NCBI GenBank assembly: GCA_031285625.1
Contig: JAITVV010000088.1
Coordinates: forward strand, 1-27,653
Direction of reading: 5' to 3'
Source: Prevotella sp.
Lineage (GTDB): Bacteria; Bacteroidota; Bacteroidia; Bacteroidales; Dysgonomonadaceae
DNA: 27,653 nucleotides
The translations under genes were made by a program, and so were the position numbers. The notes under the pieces are model-generated. The model was given only the letters and a program-made list of their open reading frames with translations. It searched no databases and was not told the DNA's origin. Positions 25,730 through 27,653 of this stretch are shown here, one piece after another (within the stretch, counting starts at the first letter, position 1; each line of letters opens with the position of its first letter).

Positions 25730-27400
25730 TCAATTACTCATGTTTACATTAAATCCGGGACCTAATGTTAAATTGATTGATAACGATATACCATTCATAT
25801 TCACACCGTTTATTTTTCTGTAACCGATATTGTATCCCATGCCGAACTGCATTATATTAAAGAAATTAAGGCTTACATTGGGATTTACACTATATGGCGT
25901 TATTGTTGCCGTATACAGAAGTCCTATGCCCCCGCCATACCCGACTTTGACAGCTGGAATGAATTTCTTCTTGCCGTTGTAGGAACCATAATAAGCTCCA
26001 CCACCGAGCAAAAACTGATCAGCATATGAAGAATAGCCCCGCCCACCGTTACTATAAGCAGCAAGAGCTCCTATGTAAAACTGATTGATCGGTTTGTTTA
26101 TAAATTTGAAAGAATATCCTAAATCTAGGGCTATACCAAATTCGGAATTGCTATAACTATTGTTTGATTCATGCTTCTTCAAAGACTTTAATACCCGTAA
26201 TGAAGAAGAATCCAGGTTATTATTTGCATACAAGACATTGTTGGGTAGTTTTAGTCTGTCACTGTTTTTTATATCTAATGATGTCAATTGATTATTAGAA
26301 CAGTCCAGTTTATACAACCTATTATTTTGAGAAATATCCAGAGCCGACAGTTGGTTATTAGAACAATTTAAAGTGCCCAGCTTCTTATTCAGTGCAAGAT
26401 AAAGTACCGATAATCTATTATTCGAACAGTTTATATTTTCTAGTTTATCATTATTAGATAAGCTTAATGTAGTCAGTTGGTTATTCTGGCAATACAGGCT
26501 AAGTAAATTTTTGCAATCGAAAATATCAAGAGTTACTAATCTGTTGTTACTGCAATTAATATTTTGCACTTGTGTTTTTTCTGATAAATCGAGTGTAGAT
26601 AGTTGATTTCCGGAGCAATATAAATATCTCAGTACCGGGTTTTGTGAAAGGTCTAAGTGCGGGATATGATTATCTTTACATGATATAGTTGTTAGTACAT
26701 CATTGTGTGTTACATCCAATGCCTGTAATTTATTATTGTCACATTTAAGGACGCCTAATCTTGTATTTTGTGAAATATCTAAGGCTGATAAATCATTTTC
26801 GGAACAATTGAGCTCATATAATCTGGTATTTACTGAGATATCTAAAGCGGACAATTTATTCTTGGTACATACAAGACTTCTTAATGCCAGATTCTTTGAT
26901 ATGTCTAATGAACTCAGTTTATTATTGGAACAATCCAGTTTCTCCAGATTGATATTGTTCGAAATATCTATATTTTCCAGCTGATTATTGTGACATTTCA
27001 GCTCTTTTAAATTTGCATTTTGTGAAATATCCAATACCGTTAACCGATTACCATTGCATGCTAATTCTTTTAAGTACTGGTTTCGTGACACATCAAGACC
27101 TGTAAGGCCGAGGTGCGGGCATTCAATTTCAGATATATCGCTAACACTGCCGTATATTTTTATTGTTTTTCCTTTTAGTTTTCCTTGAATATCAGTTTCA
27201 TATTCGTCGGTAAGTGTGTATTCAACCAGTATGCTGTCACCGAAGTCCACCTTTACCACGGTATTGGATATGGTGGGGTATAAATAAAAAAAGATTTCCG
27301 AACCTATTTCTTTTGCTGTCTCCATTATGACTATGGGTTCATGCCGGGCAGTAGCCGAAAGAGTAGTGAATAATAAAAATGCAATAAGTGCCTTTTTCAT
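25730..27400 (-). CDS. Secreted leucine-rich-repeat protein with probable C-terminal outer-membrane beta-strand domain
   Basis: Signal peptide ATA|R; about 14 repeats of 21 aa (LxxLxCxxNxLxxLDISxNxx); Gly/Tyr-rich amphipathic C-terminal ~135 aa. Confidence 0.85.
   Translation of the reverse strand: MKKALIAFLLFTTLSATARHEPIVIMETAKEIGSEIFFYLYPTISNTVVKVDFGDSILVEYTLTDEYETDIQGKLKGKTIKIYGSVSDISEIECPHLGLTGLDVSRNQYLKELACNGNRLTVLDISQNANLKELKCHNNQLENIDISNNINLEKLDCSNNKLSSLDISKNLALRSLVCTKNKLSALDISVNTRLYELNCSENDLSALDISQNTRLGVLKCDNNKLQALDVTHNDVLTTISCKDNHIPHLDLSQNPVLRYLYCSGNQLSTLDLSEKTQVQNINCSNNRLVTLDIFDCKNLLSLYCQNNQLTTLSLSNNDKLENINCSNNRLSVLYLALNKKLGTLNCSNNQLSALDISQNNRLYKLDCSNNQLTSLDIKNSDRLKLPNNVLYANNNLDSSSLRVLKSLKKHESNNSYSNSEFGIALDLGYSFKFINKPINQFYIGALAAYSNGGRGYSSYADQFLLGGGAYYGSYNGKKKFIPAVKVGYGGGIGLLYTATITPYSVNPNVSLNFFNIMQFGMGYNIGYRKINGVNMNGISLSINLTLGPGFNVNMSN
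26270..27135 (-). repeat. Degenerate 63-bp tandem coding repeat (LRR array; boundaries approximate)
   Basis: 14 Cys-containing units counted at 21-aa spacing, from ECPHL to the last DCSNN. Confidence 0.85.
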
Positions 27401-27430
27401 ATAGTCTGTTGTGTTAAGTCATTTGGGGAA

Positions 27431-27438
27431 CAAAAATA
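27431..27438 (-). promoter_or_regulatory. -7 promoter element for the LRR gene
   Basis: Minus strand TATTTTTG 30 nt upstream of the ATG. Confidence 0.5.
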
Positions 27439-27510
27439 ATAAAATCTTTTTCACAATTATTTTCTTACAACTTTATCTATTATAAGTAACAATAAAAACT
27501 TATAACAGAT

Positions 27511-27653
27511 ATGGCAAAGTATACAGACAGATTGGTTGAAAAGATTGTATCCCTTATAGAAGAAGACACCTTTAGTATTTCAGAAATATGCAGTATACTA
27601 AAGATCAGCAGGAAGTCCTTCTATGAATGGAAAGATACAAAACCAGAATTTAA
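27511..27653 (+). CDS. HTH protein N-terminus, phage terminase-small-subunit/phBC6A51-like (runs off right edge)
   Basis: Own translation: MAKYTDRLVEKIVSLIEEDTFSISEICSILKISRKSFYEWKDTKPEF, open to the edge; ISEIC..L.ISRKSFYEW is a clear HTH pattern. Not in ORF track. Confidence 0.7.
   Translation, partial: MAKYTDRLVEKIVSLIEEDTFSISEICSILKISRKSFYEWKDTKPEF

Noticed and set aside
2368-26984. Numerous antisense or nested ORFs in the track (e.g. 2809-3327, 8474-8962, 9908-10429, 12422-12808, 21433-21747, 25043-25438, 26703-26984)
   Set aside because: Shadow frames of well-supported genes, mostly non-ATG starts, with no recognisable motifs
26270-27135. Periodic ~63-bp similarity as a possible CRISPR array or DGR-type repeat
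   Set aside because: Fully explained by degenerate in-frame LRR codons; no identical repeats with unique spacers and no reverse transcriptase

Overview
AT-rich chromosomal segment of a Bacteroidales bacterium (Dysgonomonas-like by gene content, TAnnTTTG promoters and A-rich starts without Shine-Dalgarno; taxon is inference). It is mostly core genome: tkt (partial), sdaA, a FucP/GluP-type sugar permease, DUF4494-yggS-oxyR, tRNA-Ala(GGC), an MFS transporter, a BON lipoprotein + LysM pair, tex, an ECF sigma factor, htpG, an MBOAT + SGNH-like acyltransferase pair, a Fe/Mn SOD with a signal peptide divergent from a hemerythrin-like/LuxR fusion, DUF1080, a POT peptide transporter, purU, parE, an LRR protein, and a truncated phage-like HTH gene at the right edge. 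I see no CRISPR array, IS element or integrase. Best leads: (1) a ~120-nt three-way-junction RNA candidate containing a 5-codon uORF upstream of the sugar permease; (2) an LRR protein with a probable small C-terminal beta-barrel; (3) an OxyR with natural substitutions at positions known from constitutive mutants; (4) the sod / degenerate-hemerythrin-LuxR divergon; (5) a sigma54-like promoter with an upstream palindrome at htpG. All calls are by eye; novelty cannot be confirmed without database searches.
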